Assembly (NCBI GenBank): GCA_963713975.1
Contig: OY970218.1
Coordinates: 1,024,001 to 1,088,000 of the forward strand
Direction: 5' to 3'
DNA: 64,000 nt
Source of the DNA: an uncultured Chloroflexia bacterium
GTDB lineage: Bacteria > Chloroflexota > Limnocylindria > Limnocylindrales > CSP1-4
Part shown: positions 24,745 through 35,938 of the stretch, piece after piece
How the letters are laid out: each line of letters opens with the position of its first letter
Position numbering within the stretch: the first letter of the stretch is position 1
Notes under the pieces: model-generated
Database searches by the model: none
What the model saw: the letters and a program-made list of their open reading frames with translations, nothing else
What the model was told of the DNA's origin: nothing
Made by a program: the position numbers and the translations under genes

Positions 24745-26463
24745 CTACCGGAGCAGGTAGCGGCGACTGAGCGGGACCTCGGCGACCGGGTCCACGGCCA
24801 ACGATCGTCCGCCGAGGGACACCGCACCGGTCCGGAGGTCGATGTCAACTGGCGTAACTGCTCGGTTGAGCAGCAGTGATGCTCGTGTGAGCGATCTCTG
24901 CCCCGACACGGCGACCAGACTGCGTCGCGTCCCCAACCGGCGCGCCAGCGCCACACGATCCACGGACCCCGAGACGAAGGTCACGGCCACGCGCGGCGCC
25001 GCCGTCGGGACCCCACCCCAGTCGGGCCGGTACCTGGTCGGCTCGGCGCGCTCGAGCGACGCGTTGCCCTCGCCAAGCGGTCCCCAGGCCGGGAAGCCGC
25101 CCTTGAACACCCACTCGGGCTTGACGCCGAAGAAGCCTGGTGCCCACAGGACGATGTCGGCGATGCGCCCCGGCTGCAGCGAGCCCACGTGCGCCGCCAC
25201 CCCGTGCGTGATCGCCGGCTCGATCGTCACCTTGGCCAGGTACCGCAGCACCCGGGCGGTGTCGTCGCGGTCGTCCGGGTCGAGGAGACCCGGGTCGTCC
25301 GGCAGGTCCGGCACACCCGCCGAAGCCTCGGACCGCCGCCACGCCTTCATCACGTGCGCCAGCTGGAACGTGCGCCGGACCGTCTCGCCGATGCGCCCCA
25401 TCCCCTGCGAGTCGGAGTTGATGATGCCGATGGCGCCCAGCTCGTGGAGCGGACCCTCGGCTGCCATGCGCGCCTCAAGGACGCGCTCGAGCACCAGCTC
25501 CATGTCGCCAGGCACATCCCACGACAGGCCGTGGTTGAGCACCGTCATCGGGACGTGCTCGGCCGCCGCGTGGACCCCGAACGGCAGAGTGGGCGTCGTG
25601 GACGAGCACAGGATCGACGGCTCGCGCACTAGGCCCAGCAGGTCCGGCACGTGGCCGCCTCCGGAGCCTTCCACGTGGTAGGCGTGGACCGTGCGCCCGC
25701 CGATGGCCGCGACCGTGTCCTCGAGCTCGGCCGACTCGTGAAGCCCGTCCGTGTGCAGGCTGACCGAGAGGTCGCGCGCGTCGGCGTAGCGCAGGACGTA
25801 GTCGATCAGCTCCGGGTATGCCCCGTTGTCCTCGTGGATCTTGAAGCCGATGGCGCCCGTCTCCACCAGCGCGTCCAGGTGCCCGTCCTCGGTGGCCCGG
25901 GCCCCCGCCTGCATCCCCACGTTGACGGGCCAGCCCTCGAGGCCGGCCAGCACCCGCTCCATCGCGAACGGCGGCTCTTCGAACCCGGCCGTGATCAGCG
26001 TGGTCACGCCGGCGGACAGGGCCGGCGGGAGCAGCTCCGGGTCGATGGTGTGGACGTGTGAATCGACGGCACCCGGGGTGGCGATCAAGCCATACGCCAT
26101 GTAGGACTTGGTGCCGGGGCCGATCACGAGGTCGATGCCATCGCTGATCTCGGGGCTGCCCGCGCGCCCGATGCCGGCGATGCGGCCGTCCTTGATGCCG
26201 ATGTCGGCCTTGACCACGCCGATCACGGGATCGACGACCAGCGCGCCCGTGAGCACGATGTCGAGCTCCGAGAGACCGCTGGCCCGGTCCCACTGGGCCA
26301 TCCTCGAGCGGAGGTTCTTCGCATAGCCCCAGATCGGCTCGTCGCCGCGGGCGGTGCGATCCTCCCGGACCCTGATCCACAGGTCGGTGTCGCCGAGCCG
26401 GACGCGATCGCCGGTGGTGGCGCCGTAGCGCAGGCGGTACTCCTCCGCGGAGAGCCGGGTCAC
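24745..26463 (-). CDS. ureC: Urease alpha-subunit-like amidohydrolase (divergent)
   Basis: TTGDRVRLGDTDL, DSHVH, FKIHED, HTD, HVEGSGGGHVPD, SDSQGMGR. GTG start overlaps the upstream TGA. Flap motif is NHG rather than CHH. Confidence 0.85.
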   Translation of the reverse strand: MTRLSAEEYRLRYGATTGDRVRLGDTDLWIRVREDRTARGDEPIWGYAKNLRSRMAQWDRASGLSELDIVLTGALVVDPVIGVVKADIGIKDGRIAGIGRAGSPEISDGIDLVIGPGTKSYMAYGLIATPGAVDSHVHTIDPELLPPALSAGVTTLITAGFEEPPFAMERVLAGLEGWPVNVGMQAGARATEDGHLDALVETGAIGFKIHEDNGAYPELIDYVLRYADARDLSVSLHTDGLHESAELEDTVAAIGGRTVHAYHVEGSGGGHVPDLLGLVREPSILCSSTTPTLPFGVHAAAEHVPMTVLNHGLSWDVPGDMELVLERVLEARMAAEGPLHELGAIGIINSDSQGMGRIGETVRRTFQLAHVMKAWRRSEASAGVPDLPDDPGLLDPDDRDDTARVLRYLAKVTIEPAITHGVAAHVGSLQPGRIADIVLWAPGFFGVKPEWVFKGGFPAWGPLGEGNASLERAEPTRYRPDWGGVPTAAPRVAVTFVSGSVDRVALARRLGTRRSLVAVSGQRSLTRASLLLNRAVTPVDIDLRTGAVSLGGRSLAVDPVAEVPLSRRYLLR

Positions 26464-27071
26464 CCTCCGTCGCCCGCGTTCCCGCCACCGCCCGCGTAGC
26501 GGACGAGTCGGACGGTCTTCGTCTCGCCCGGTTCCCACCCCGTGTAGCCGCCCGCGGGCAGGTCGAGGCGGGAGCCGCGCGCCGCTTCACGGTCGAACGA
26601 CAGGCGCGGATTGACCTGGTGGAACGGGTAGTGCGAGGAGACCCGGACCCGCCGTCGCGACGTGCTCGTGACGGCGAGCGTGATCGATTCGCGGCCGGCG
26701 TTGACCTCGACCTCCACGTCGTCACCGATCACGAGGGCACCGGGACCGAGCGGGTCCGGCGGCGTGCCCCGGCCGAGGGGGTCCCGGAGCGCGATGACCC
26801 GGGTTCCGTCACCCAACAGGACCTCCAGCCGGACCTCGCCGATGAGCTCGCGCACGCCGTCCATCACCTGGTCCGGCTCGACGGCGGCAATCCCGGCCGC
26901 CTCGACCTCCGCGTAGCCCGCCCCGCCCCGCGCGGCCTCCAGCATCGCGTCGCACATGATCGCGATCGCCTCGGGGTGGTTGAGCGGCACGCCGGCAGCC
27001 CGGCGTCGGCGGGCGAGCTCTGCCGCGGCGAAGATCTGGAGGCGCTCCTCCTCCCAGGGGATCAGGCGCAT
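26460..27071 (-). CDS. Fused urease gamma/beta-subunit-like protein
   Basis: MRLIPWEEERL...LNHPEA (gamma) followed by VSSHYPFHQVNPRLSFDR...RLDLPAG...EPGE (beta). Confidence 0.88.
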   Translation of the reverse strand: MRLIPWEEERLQIFAAAELARRRRAAGVPLNHPEAIAIMCDAMLEAARGGAGYAEVEAAGIAAVEPDQVMDGVRELIGEVRLEVLLGDGTRVIALRDPLGRGTPPDPLGPGALVIGDDVEVEVNAGRESITLAVTSTSRRRVRVSSHYPFHQVNPRLSFDREAARGSRLDLPAGGYTGWEPGETKTVRLVRYAGGGGNAGDGG

Positions 27072-27166
27072 CAGCGGATGGTAGCTGCCACCGCGCCATG
27101 CAACCATCCGATCACGGGCAGCGTCACGGGACTGGCGTCCACGCTGTCCCTGGGGAGACCCACCCG

Positions 27167-28459
27167 ATGCTTCGACCGATCGCGGCGCTTGTGGCGCTTG
27201 TCATCGTCGCCGGCTGCACGGCGGCGACGACATCGCCTTCGACCGCAGCGGACATCACGACCCTCGCCGCGGTGTCCCTCCCGCGCCTGGCCACCACGCG
27301 GGACGACGCCAAGGCGGCAGGCGACGCGGTCAACGCATTCGGCCTCGACCTCTACGCGAAGCTCGTCGCGGCGGATCCCGAGGCGAACCTCGTCGTCTCC
27401 CCGGCGAGCATCCAGCTGGCGCTGGCCATGGCCCGGGCCGGAGCGAGGGGTGCGACCGCCGCCGAGATGGACGCAGTCATGCACGGTCTGGGTGCCGACG
27501 CGAACGCCGCCTGGGTCGCGGCCCTCGACCAGTCGCTCAACGCGAGGACCGCGACCTTCAAGGACGCGATGAACGAGAGCCAGGACGTCGTCCTCCGCTC
27601 CGTCAACGCCCCGTTTGCCCAGCAGGGCTACCCACTCGAGGACGCGTATCTCGCGGCGCTCGCGGAGCGGTTCGCGGCCGGAGTGCGGCTCGTGGACTAC
27701 ATCGGCGACCCGGAGGGCGCGCGCGGCATCATCAACGGCTGGGTCAAGGACCAGACCGAGGACCGGATCCCGGAGCTGCTCGCGGCCGGCACCGTCGACC
27801 AGGCCACGCGGCTCGCGCTCGTCAACGCCATCTACCTCAAGGCAGCCTGGGACCTGCCCTTCGACGAGGGCGCCACCGCCCCGGCGCCGTTCACGCTGCT
27901 GGACGGAACGACGACGGATGTCGAGATGATGCGCAACGGCGGCCACTTCGCCTACGCATCGGGCGACGGCTGGCAGGCCGTGGACCTCCCGTACGTGGGC
28001 CGGCAGCTGTCGATGCTGGTCATCGCGCCGGCGGATCTTGCCCGGTTCGAGGGGTCGCTCGACGCCGCGAAGCTCTCCGAGATCACCGGCGCGCTCACCG
28101 AGCAGCAGGTGATGCTGGGACTGCCGAAGTACGGGGCGGAGTCACAGCTGGACCTTGGCGACGTGCTCGCCGCCCTCGGCATGCCAACGGCATTCCACGC
28201 GGACACGGCCGACTTCTCGGGCATGACGACGGCCGAACGGCTGTACATCAGCGCCGTGGTCCACCAGGCCAACATCGAGGTGGACGAGAAGGGGACCGAG
28301 GCCGCGGCGGCCACGGCCGTCATGATGCGCGCCGGCGCGGCGCCGGCGCCGCCCGTCGAGATGACCGTGGACCACCCGTTCATCTACGCGCTGCGGGACA
28401 TGGAGACGGGCGCGATCCTGTTCCTCGGCCGAGTGACCGTGCCGGAGATCCGCGCCTAG
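27167..28459 (+). CDS. Serpin family lipoprotein
   Basis: Lipobox VAGC; NLVVSPASI, INGWVKDQT, LVNAIYLKAAW, hinge EKGTEAAAAT, VDHPF, LFLGRV. Confidence 0.93.
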   Translation: MLRPIAALVALVIVAGCTAATTSPSTAADITTLAAVSLPRLATTRDDAKAAGDAVNAFGLDLYAKLVAADPEANLVVSPASIQLALAMARAGARGATAAEMDAVMHGLGADANAAWVAALDQSLNARTATFKDAMNESQDVVLRSVNAPFAQQGYPLEDAYLAALAERFAAGVRLVDYIGDPEGARGIINGWVKDQTEDRIPELLAAGTVDQATRLALVNAIYLKAAWDLPFDEGATAPAPFTLLDGTTTDVEMMRNGGHFAYASGDGWQAVDLPYVGRQLSMLVIAPADLARFEGSLDAAKLSEITGALTEQQVMLGLPKYGAESQLDLGDVLAALGMPTAFHADTADFSGMTTAERLYISAVVHQANIEVDEKGTEAAAATAVMMRAGAAPAPPVEMTVDHPFIYALRDMETGAILFLGRVTVPEIRA

Positions 28460-28475
28460 CAGCCTGCCTGGTGCC

Positions 28476-29432
28476 TCAGCTCCCGGCCGGTTCGATGCGC
28501 GGCACGCCGGAGCGCGCCAGGCGCTCCTCGAACCGCCTGGCGGCGAGGTCCAGTTTGTCCAGGTGCTCGGCGAGCCTGCGGCGTGCATCCTCGGCGGTCG
28601 CGTCCAGGCCGGAGAGCTCGAACACGCCCCAGAACTTGAGGATCGGCAGCAGCACCTCGTCGCGATGCACCCGCAGGTCGTAGATGCCGGCCTTGGCGAT
28701 GTCCGCGGCCTTGCGCAGGAAGTTCTGGATCCCGGCGCCCGGCATCTCGAACTTGAGGATCTCGTCCACGATGGCCCGTACGGCCGCGGAGGGCTCGATC
28801 GCGATGGCCGCCTTGAGGATGTCCCGGTAGAACACCATGTGCATGTTCTCGTCGGCGGCGATGCGGACCATGATCCGGTCCGCTACCGGGTCCTCGGAGT
28901 AGCGCCCGGTGTTGCGGTGCGAGATCCGGGTCGCCAGCTCCTGGAAGGCCACGTACGCGAGCCCGTGGAGGGTGTCGGGCATGTCGTGGTCGTAGCCCTT
29001 CTGGAGCTGCGCCATGCGACCGCGCTCGAGGAGCGTGGGGTCGAAGTTGCGCGTCACCACCAGGTAGTCCCGCAGCACGATTGCGTGGCGGCCCTCCTCG
29101 GCCGTCCAGCGGCCCACCCAGTTGAGCCACGCGCCGTCACCCTTGCCGAACATCCCGTGGATGAGCCGGTGGTAGCTGGGCAGGTTGTCCTCGGTCAGCA
29201 GGCCGACCTCGAACGCCGTCTGGGCGACGCCCGTCAGCCGTGGCTGGTCCGGGGTCCATGGCTCCTTGTCGAAGTCCCGGCCCAGGCGATACGGGATGAA
29301 GTCGTGCGGGAACCACTCCTGGGACACCTTGAGATGGCGGTCCAGCAGCCGTCCGGCCTCCGGCTCCAGCTCCTCGAGCAGGCGGCGATCGAGGGCGGGG
29401 ACCTCCACGGGGGCAACGGGATCGTCGGACAT
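28476..29432 (-). CDS. Soluble diiron acyl-ACP desaturase (DesA-like)
   Basis: LLTEDNLPSYH, WTAEEGRH, FQELATRISH, DENMH. Confidence 0.92.
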   Translation of the reverse strand: MSDDPVAPVEVPALDRRLLEELEPEAGRLLDRHLKVSQEWFPHDFIPYRLGRDFDKEPWTPDQPRLTGVAQTAFEVGLLTEDNLPSYHRLIHGMFGKGDGAWLNWVGRWTAEEGRHAIVLRDYLVVTRNFDPTLLERGRMAQLQKGYDHDMPDTLHGLAYVAFQELATRISHRNTGRYSEDPVADRIMVRIAADENMHMVFYRDILKAAIAIEPSAAVRAIVDEILKFEMPGAGIQNFLRKAADIAKAGIYDLRVHRDEVLLPILKFWGVFELSGLDATAEDARRRLAEHLDKLDLAARRFEERLARSGVPRIEPAGS

Positions 29433-29567
29433 GGGTCACCAGGCGGGGAAGGGACGGCGCTCGCCCCGGGTCCGAGAGTATGTGGCGCCGGCGGACCACC
29501 ACGCTGCGACATCAGTGCAGGGATGCAGAGGTGATTCGCGAGCCGACCGAGCCCGAGGGGCGCCGGA

Positions 29568-31778
<2,211 letters not shown>

Positions 31779-31892
31779 CTCGTAACAGTCATCGGGCCCA
31801 TCAGTGGGTCGCCCGAGGATAGCCCGGACCGGCGGGCGGGGCGGGTCATTGCGTCCGGTCCGGAGCTGCCGCACGACCCTCTTCAGCCCCGG

Positions 31893-31901
31893 TGCTACCA
31901 T
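31893..31901 (+). promoter_or_regulatory. Putative extended -10 of ssrA (TGcTACCAT)
   Basis: About 30 nt upstream of the mature tmRNA 5' end. Confidence 0.5.
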
Positions 31902-31930
31902 TCGCTCCCCGAACGGTGGTTCGGTCCTGT

Positions 31931-32302
31931 GGGGATGCGTGGTTTCGACAGGGCTTGGCTGCCAGGGAACGCGAGCCGAGGTGCCGTCAGGCCTCGTTAA
32001 ACCGGCGGCAAAACGAAGTAACTGCCAACAAGCAGCCTGCTCTCGCCCTCGCCGCTTAGGCGGTAAGGTGAGCATGGAAGCGGCCTCCCCTTCGCGGGCC
32101 GTGGAAGTGTCACTCAGCGAAGGTGCAGCCCGGAAGAGACTGCGTACTCCGGAGCGAAGCCCGATCTAGGGACACGTGGATGGGCCGGACGGAAGCCTGC
32201 CGATGGGCGTCCGACCGGCTGACGAAAACCATCGGACACGCTCGTAGTGGGTCCTGGCGAAGGGTTCTGGACGGGGAGTTCGACTCTCCCCCATCTCCAC
32301 CA
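31931..32302 (+). ncRNA. ssrA: tmRNA (one-piece); tag peptide (A)ANKQPALALAA
   Basis: 5' GGGGATG pairs with 3' CATCTCC-ACCA, including G3-U. TTCGAC near the 5' end, TTCGACT T-loop, tag ORF at 32024-32059. Confidence 0.96.
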
Positions 32303-32599
32303 ACACAGTGCAGCCGAGCGTCGGCGCGGGGCCGCGACGGCTCGTCCTGCCCACCCTGCTCGAGCTCTTCGGTCGCGCGGATGTGACCGACGCTCGCGGA
32401 TGTCATTTGAAGTAGCCCAGCCAGGAGAGCACCGAGCCGCTTCATCACGTCTCCCAAGGGCTTCTCGCGACTTCACGGGGCAACGGGAATCGTGACCCGC
32501 AGCCGCTGGTCGGCCTTCAGCGTGACGCCTGCCTGTCCAAGGATTGTTCCCCCCACCTCCTCTCGTACGAGCACTGCGTACTTGGTCGCCCGGACCTCG

Positions 32600-32780
32600 C
32601 CGGCGTGCCATGTGCAGCGTCCGCGGTCGCCGCTCGTCCGAAACACGACCCGCCGGGATCGACGCCGACGTGCGCCACGTGACCGACATGGCGGGGGCCG
32701 CGTCGCCCGGCGTGCTGTTCACGCCGGGCCTCGCCATCGACGGCACGCTGATCCCGGCCGGCTGGCGCCGCATCAGGTGA
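32600..32780 (+). pseudogene. Remnant of a small thioredoxin-like (redox-active disulfide protein 2) gene
   Basis: C-terminal GIDADVRHVTDM...GVLFTPGLAIDG is recognisable, but the N-terminal GxGCxxC and a good start are missing. Confidence 0.55.
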
Positions 32781-32805
32781 GGGTCCGCAACCCGATAGTC
32801 TTCAT

Positions 32806-32837
32806 TAGTTGCGCAAGTACGCAACTATAGATAGCAT
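32806..32837 (+). promoter_or_regulatory. Operator TAGTTGCG-N6-CGCAACTA overlapping the sqr promoter (TTGCGC-N17-TAGCAT)
   Basis: Perfect 8-6-8 inverted repeat; core is 17/18 identical to 37112-37129. Confidence 0.75.
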
Positions 32838-32843
32838 CTCCCT

Positions 32844-34055
32844 ATGACCGATCAACCGACCCCATCCCAGCCGGCGACTCCGGCCACCCGCAAGCGAGCA
32901 CTCGTGATCGGCGGAGGGTTCGGGGGTGTCCAGGCGGCCACGGCCCTCGCGCGCCATGAGCGCTTCGACGTCACGCTGATCTCGGATCGGGACTTCCTGT
33001 ACCTGTTCCCGACATCCATCTGGGTCCCGACGCGGGAGATGCCCTACGAGCAGGCCCAAGTGCCACTCGCGGCCGTCGCCCGGAAGCGGGGTTTCCGGCT
33101 CGTCGTGGATGCCGTCGAGGAGATCCGGTCCGCGGACAACGTCGTCCGCTGCGCAGGCGGCGAGCACACCTACGACTATCTGGTCGTCGCCACTGGCGCC
33201 GAGAAGCTGCACCACCCCGGAGCGGAGCACACGCTCTCGATCTGCGGCAGGCCCGAGACGGGGCTCGACATCAGGGATCGGCTCGACGCGCTCATCGCGC
33301 GGGGCGAGGGGACGATCGCCGTCGGGTTCGGCGGCAACCCGAAGGACCGCTCCGCGGTTCGAGGTGGTCCTGCCTTCGAGCTCCTGTTCAACATCCACCA
33401 GCACCTCAAGCGCCGGAAGGTTCGTGACCGGTTCACGCTCACGTTCTTCGCCCCGATGGCGGAGCCCGGCGAGCGCATGGGCCGGCGCGCCCTCAAGCTG
33501 ATGGACGGCATGTTCACCAGGTTCGGCATCGACAGGCGTGTCGGAACCCCGATCAGCGCGTTCGACCCCGATGGCGTGAAGTTCGCCGACGGGTCGCGCC
33601 TGGACGCCGATCTCGTGCTGTTCATCCCCGGAGCCACCGGGCACTCGGTCGCCGGCCGATCGGACCTGCCGCTGAATGAGGCCGGCTTCGTCCGGATCGA
33701 CGACACCTGCCTCGTGCAAGGCACCGGGAACGTCTACGCCGTCGGCGACGTCGCCGCGCTCGAGGGTCCCGACTGGCGTGCGAAGCAGGGCCACACGGCC
33801 GAGGTGATGGCGCGCAACGCGGCCTACAACATCGCGGCGGCCGATGCCGGCCGGCCCGAGCGAAAGGGCTACCAGTCCCACCTGTCGATCATCTGCCTGA
33901 TGGACACGGGCGACGGGGCGGCCATGGTCTACCGCGGCCGCAGGAACAGCCTCGTGGTCCCGCTGCCCATCGTCGGGCACTGGATGAAGCAGGCATGGGG
34001 CCGGTACGCGCGCCTCGTGGCGCTGGGCCGGATCCCCCGCGTCCCCGGCCTCTAG
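32844..34055 (+). CDS. sqr: Sulfide:quinone oxidoreductase, probably type VI (SqrF-like)
   Basis: GGGFGG FAD motif, SICG, GGNPKDRSAVRGGPAFE, DDTC, KQGHTA, ICLMD, C-terminal amphipathic HWMK helix. Confidence 0.82.
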   Translation: MTDQPTPSQPATPATRKRALVIGGGFGGVQAATALARHERFDVTLISDRDFLYLFPTSIWVPTREMPYEQAQVPLAAVARKRGFRLVVDAVEEIRSADNVVRCAGGEHTYDYLVVATGAEKLHHPGAEHTLSICGRPETGLDIRDRLDALIARGEGTIAVGFGGNPKDRSAVRGGPAFELLFNIHQHLKRRKVRDRFTLTFFAPMAEPGERMGRRALKLMDGMFTRFGIDRRVGTPISAFDPDGVKFADGSRLDADLVLFIPGATGHSVAGRSDLPLNEAGFVRIDDTCLVQGTGNVYAVGDVAALEGPDWRAKQGHTAEVMARNAAYNIAAADAGRPERKGYQSHLSIICLMDTGDGAAMVYRGRRNSLVVPLPIVGHWMKQAWGRYARLVALGRIPRVPGL

Positions 34056-34070
34056 GTCAACTGGTCGGGC

Positions 34071-34898
34071 TCAGCAGCAGCCGTCGCCCCCGCAGCAGCC
34101 GGTCGCGACAGGGGCCAGGGGCAGGTCACCCGGCGCCGATGCCGATGCAGCCGGGAGCGACGGATCAACAGTGGCCGCGGCCTTGGACGCCCTCACGATG
34201 ACGCTTGTCATGCCGTCGACCACCTCGTGCGTCGGGACCAGCGAGATGTCCGTGAGCCCCACCGCCTCCAGGCCATCCCGAAACTCCGAGAACGAGAGGG
34301 CACCGGCGATACAGCCCGTGTAGCTCCCCCGCTCGGCGCGCTCGGCAGGGGACAGGGCATCGTCGGCCACGATGTCGGTGACGCCCATCCGACCGCCCGG
34401 CCGCAGGACCCGCGCGATCTCTCGGAACACGGCCGACTTGTCTGCGGCGAGGTTGATCACGCAGTTGCTGATGACCACGTCCACCGATGCGGCGGGGAGC
34501 GGGATGGATTCGATCTGGCCGCGCAGGAACTCGACGTTGGTGGCACCGGCCTCGGCCGCGTTCCGCTGGGCGAGCGCGAGCATCTCGTCGGTCATGTCGA
34601 GCCCGAGCACACGCCCGGTCGGGCCCACCCGCTTCGCGGACAGGAGCACGTCGATGCCGCCGCCCGACCCCAGGTCGAGGACGCGCTCGCCCTCGTGGAG
34701 CTCCGCGACCGCGATGGGGTTGCCGCAGCCGAGCGACGCGAGCACGGCGGCGTCGGGCAGCTCCGCGCGCTCCAATGCCGTGTAGAGGCCCTGGCCGATC
34801 GTCTCCGGCTCCGACGAGCAGCAGCCCCCGGTGCTCGCCTGGACGGCAGCGGCCGCGTAGCGGGCCCGGACCTCGTCGTGGATGGATTCGGTGGTCAT
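34071..34898 (-). CDS. arsM: Arsenite S-adenosylmethionine methyltransferase
   Basis: VRARY, CC, SLGCGNP, DLGSGGG, SNCVINL, TGCIAGA, Cys-rich tail; GAGGAG SD. Confidence 0.93.
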   Translation of the reverse strand: MTTESIHDEVRARYAAAAVQASTGGCCSSEPETIGQGLYTALERAELPDAAVLASLGCGNPIAVAELHEGERVLDLGSGGGIDVLLSAKRVGPTGRVLGLDMTDEMLALAQRNAAEAGATNVEFLRGQIESIPLPAASVDVVISNCVINLAADKSAVFREIARVLRPGGRMGVTDIVADDALSPAERAERGSYTGCIAGALSFSEFRDGLEAVGLTDISLVPTHEVVDGMTSVIVRASKAAATVDPSLPAASASAPGDLPLAPVATGCCGGDGCC

Positions 34899-34969
34899 GG
34901 GGGCTCCTCGGTAATTGGGGCTGATTTCGGCTGGTGGTGCGGGCATGCTGGTTGCATGGGTATTGATAC

Positions 34970-34998
34970 TTGACGATATCGATGTTTGTCAATACCGT
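34970..34998. promoter_or_regulatory. Divergent arsM/arsR promoter-operator
   Basis: TTGACG-N17-TACCGT on + strand; TTGAC-N13-GTCAA inverted repeat also gives TTGACA on the - strand; AT-rich patch. Confidence 0.65.
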
Positions 34999-35005
34999 GG
35001 CGGTC

Positions 35006-35335
35006 ATGAAGCGGCTCCTCGATCCAGACGCGCTCCTGCTCCAGGGTGCGGCGGACCCCACCCGCCTCGCGATCCTGCGCCAGCTCGCCGGCGGGGACGG
35101 GGTCTGTGCGTGTGACTTCACGGCGTGCTGTGAGGTTGCCCAGCCGACGGTCAGCCACCATCTCAAGGTGCTGCGCACGTCTGGGTGGGTGCGCTCCGAG
35201 CGGCGTGCGTCCTTCGTCTACTACTGGCTGCGCCCCGAGGCGATCGAGCGGTTCCGCGAGATTGCCGGTGAGCTTGCGCCCGCGGTCGGGCTTCCGCCGG
35301 CCCGCGCCCTCCCGGTGCTGCAGCCGGACGCCTGA
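35006..35335 (+). CDS. arsR: ArsR/SmtB repressor, As(III)-sensing alpha3 type
   Basis: ADPTRLAIL, VCACDF...CC, QPTVSHHLKVL; divergent from arsM. Confidence 0.9.
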   Translation: MKRLLDPDALLLQGAADPTRLAILRQLAGGDGVCACDFTACCEVAQPTVSHHLKVLRTSGWVRSERRASFVYYWLRPEAIERFREIAGELAPAVGLPPARALPVLQPDA

Positions 35336-35358
35336 GGCACGACGGGCGTGGACAGCCG

Positions 35359-35931
35359 ATGATGGACGTCGTGACACCATCTCCGACACCCGGACCCTGG
35401 CGCTGCCCGCAATGCGGATCGGATCGGGACGCCGCCGACACCTTCTGCGGCCGCTGCGCCACCCGGCGCCCCACGAACCGGGACGTGGTGGCCGGCCCGG
35501 AGACGCCTGCGGAGCGGCCGGCCGGCTTCCCGCTGCGACGGGCCCTGATCCTCAACGGGATCGTCATCGGGGTCGTCGTGATCGCCGTGCTGTTCAGTGG
35601 CAGCGGGGGTCCCGGACCAATCGGCTTCGAGCCCTCTCGCTGGCGCTGCGATGGCACGGAGCGCGTCTGGACCGCCTCCATCCCGGCCGAGCACGAGGAT
35701 GTGGTGATCGAATGGCGATCCGGTGGTCCCGAGGGGTTGCTCAGGACCGGGACCACGACCAGCCGGACCCGGCTCGAGGCCTACCGGCAGCCGGACGGGA
35801 CGTTCCGCGTCACGACGAACGATCCGGCTGCCCCCGAGTGCAGCCTGCCGCCGGACCGCTACACCATGGTCGTGCGCGATGCCGGGTCGAACGCCCTGGT
35901 CGCCCTGGGTGACGTGGAGCTGGAGCGCTGA
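35359..35931 (+). CDS. Zinc-ribbon single-pass membrane protein
   Basis: WRCPQCG...FCGRC, one TM helix, extracellular domain with a Cys pair. Confidence 0.7.
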   Translation: MMDVVTPSPTPGPWRCPQCGSDRDAADTFCGRCATRRPTNRDVVAGPETPAERPAGFPLRRALILNGIVIGVVVIAVLFSGSGGPGPIGFEPSRWRCDGTERVWTASIPAEHEDVVIEWRSGGPEGLLRTGTTTSRTRLEAYRQPDGTFRVTTNDPAAPECSLPPDRYTMVVRDAGSNALVALGDVELER

Positions 35932-35938
35932 ACCCGGG

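Noticed and set aside
31779-32075. N-terminal extension of glgX in the ORF track
   Set aside because: Overlaps tmRNA and its promoter; no GlgX similarity.
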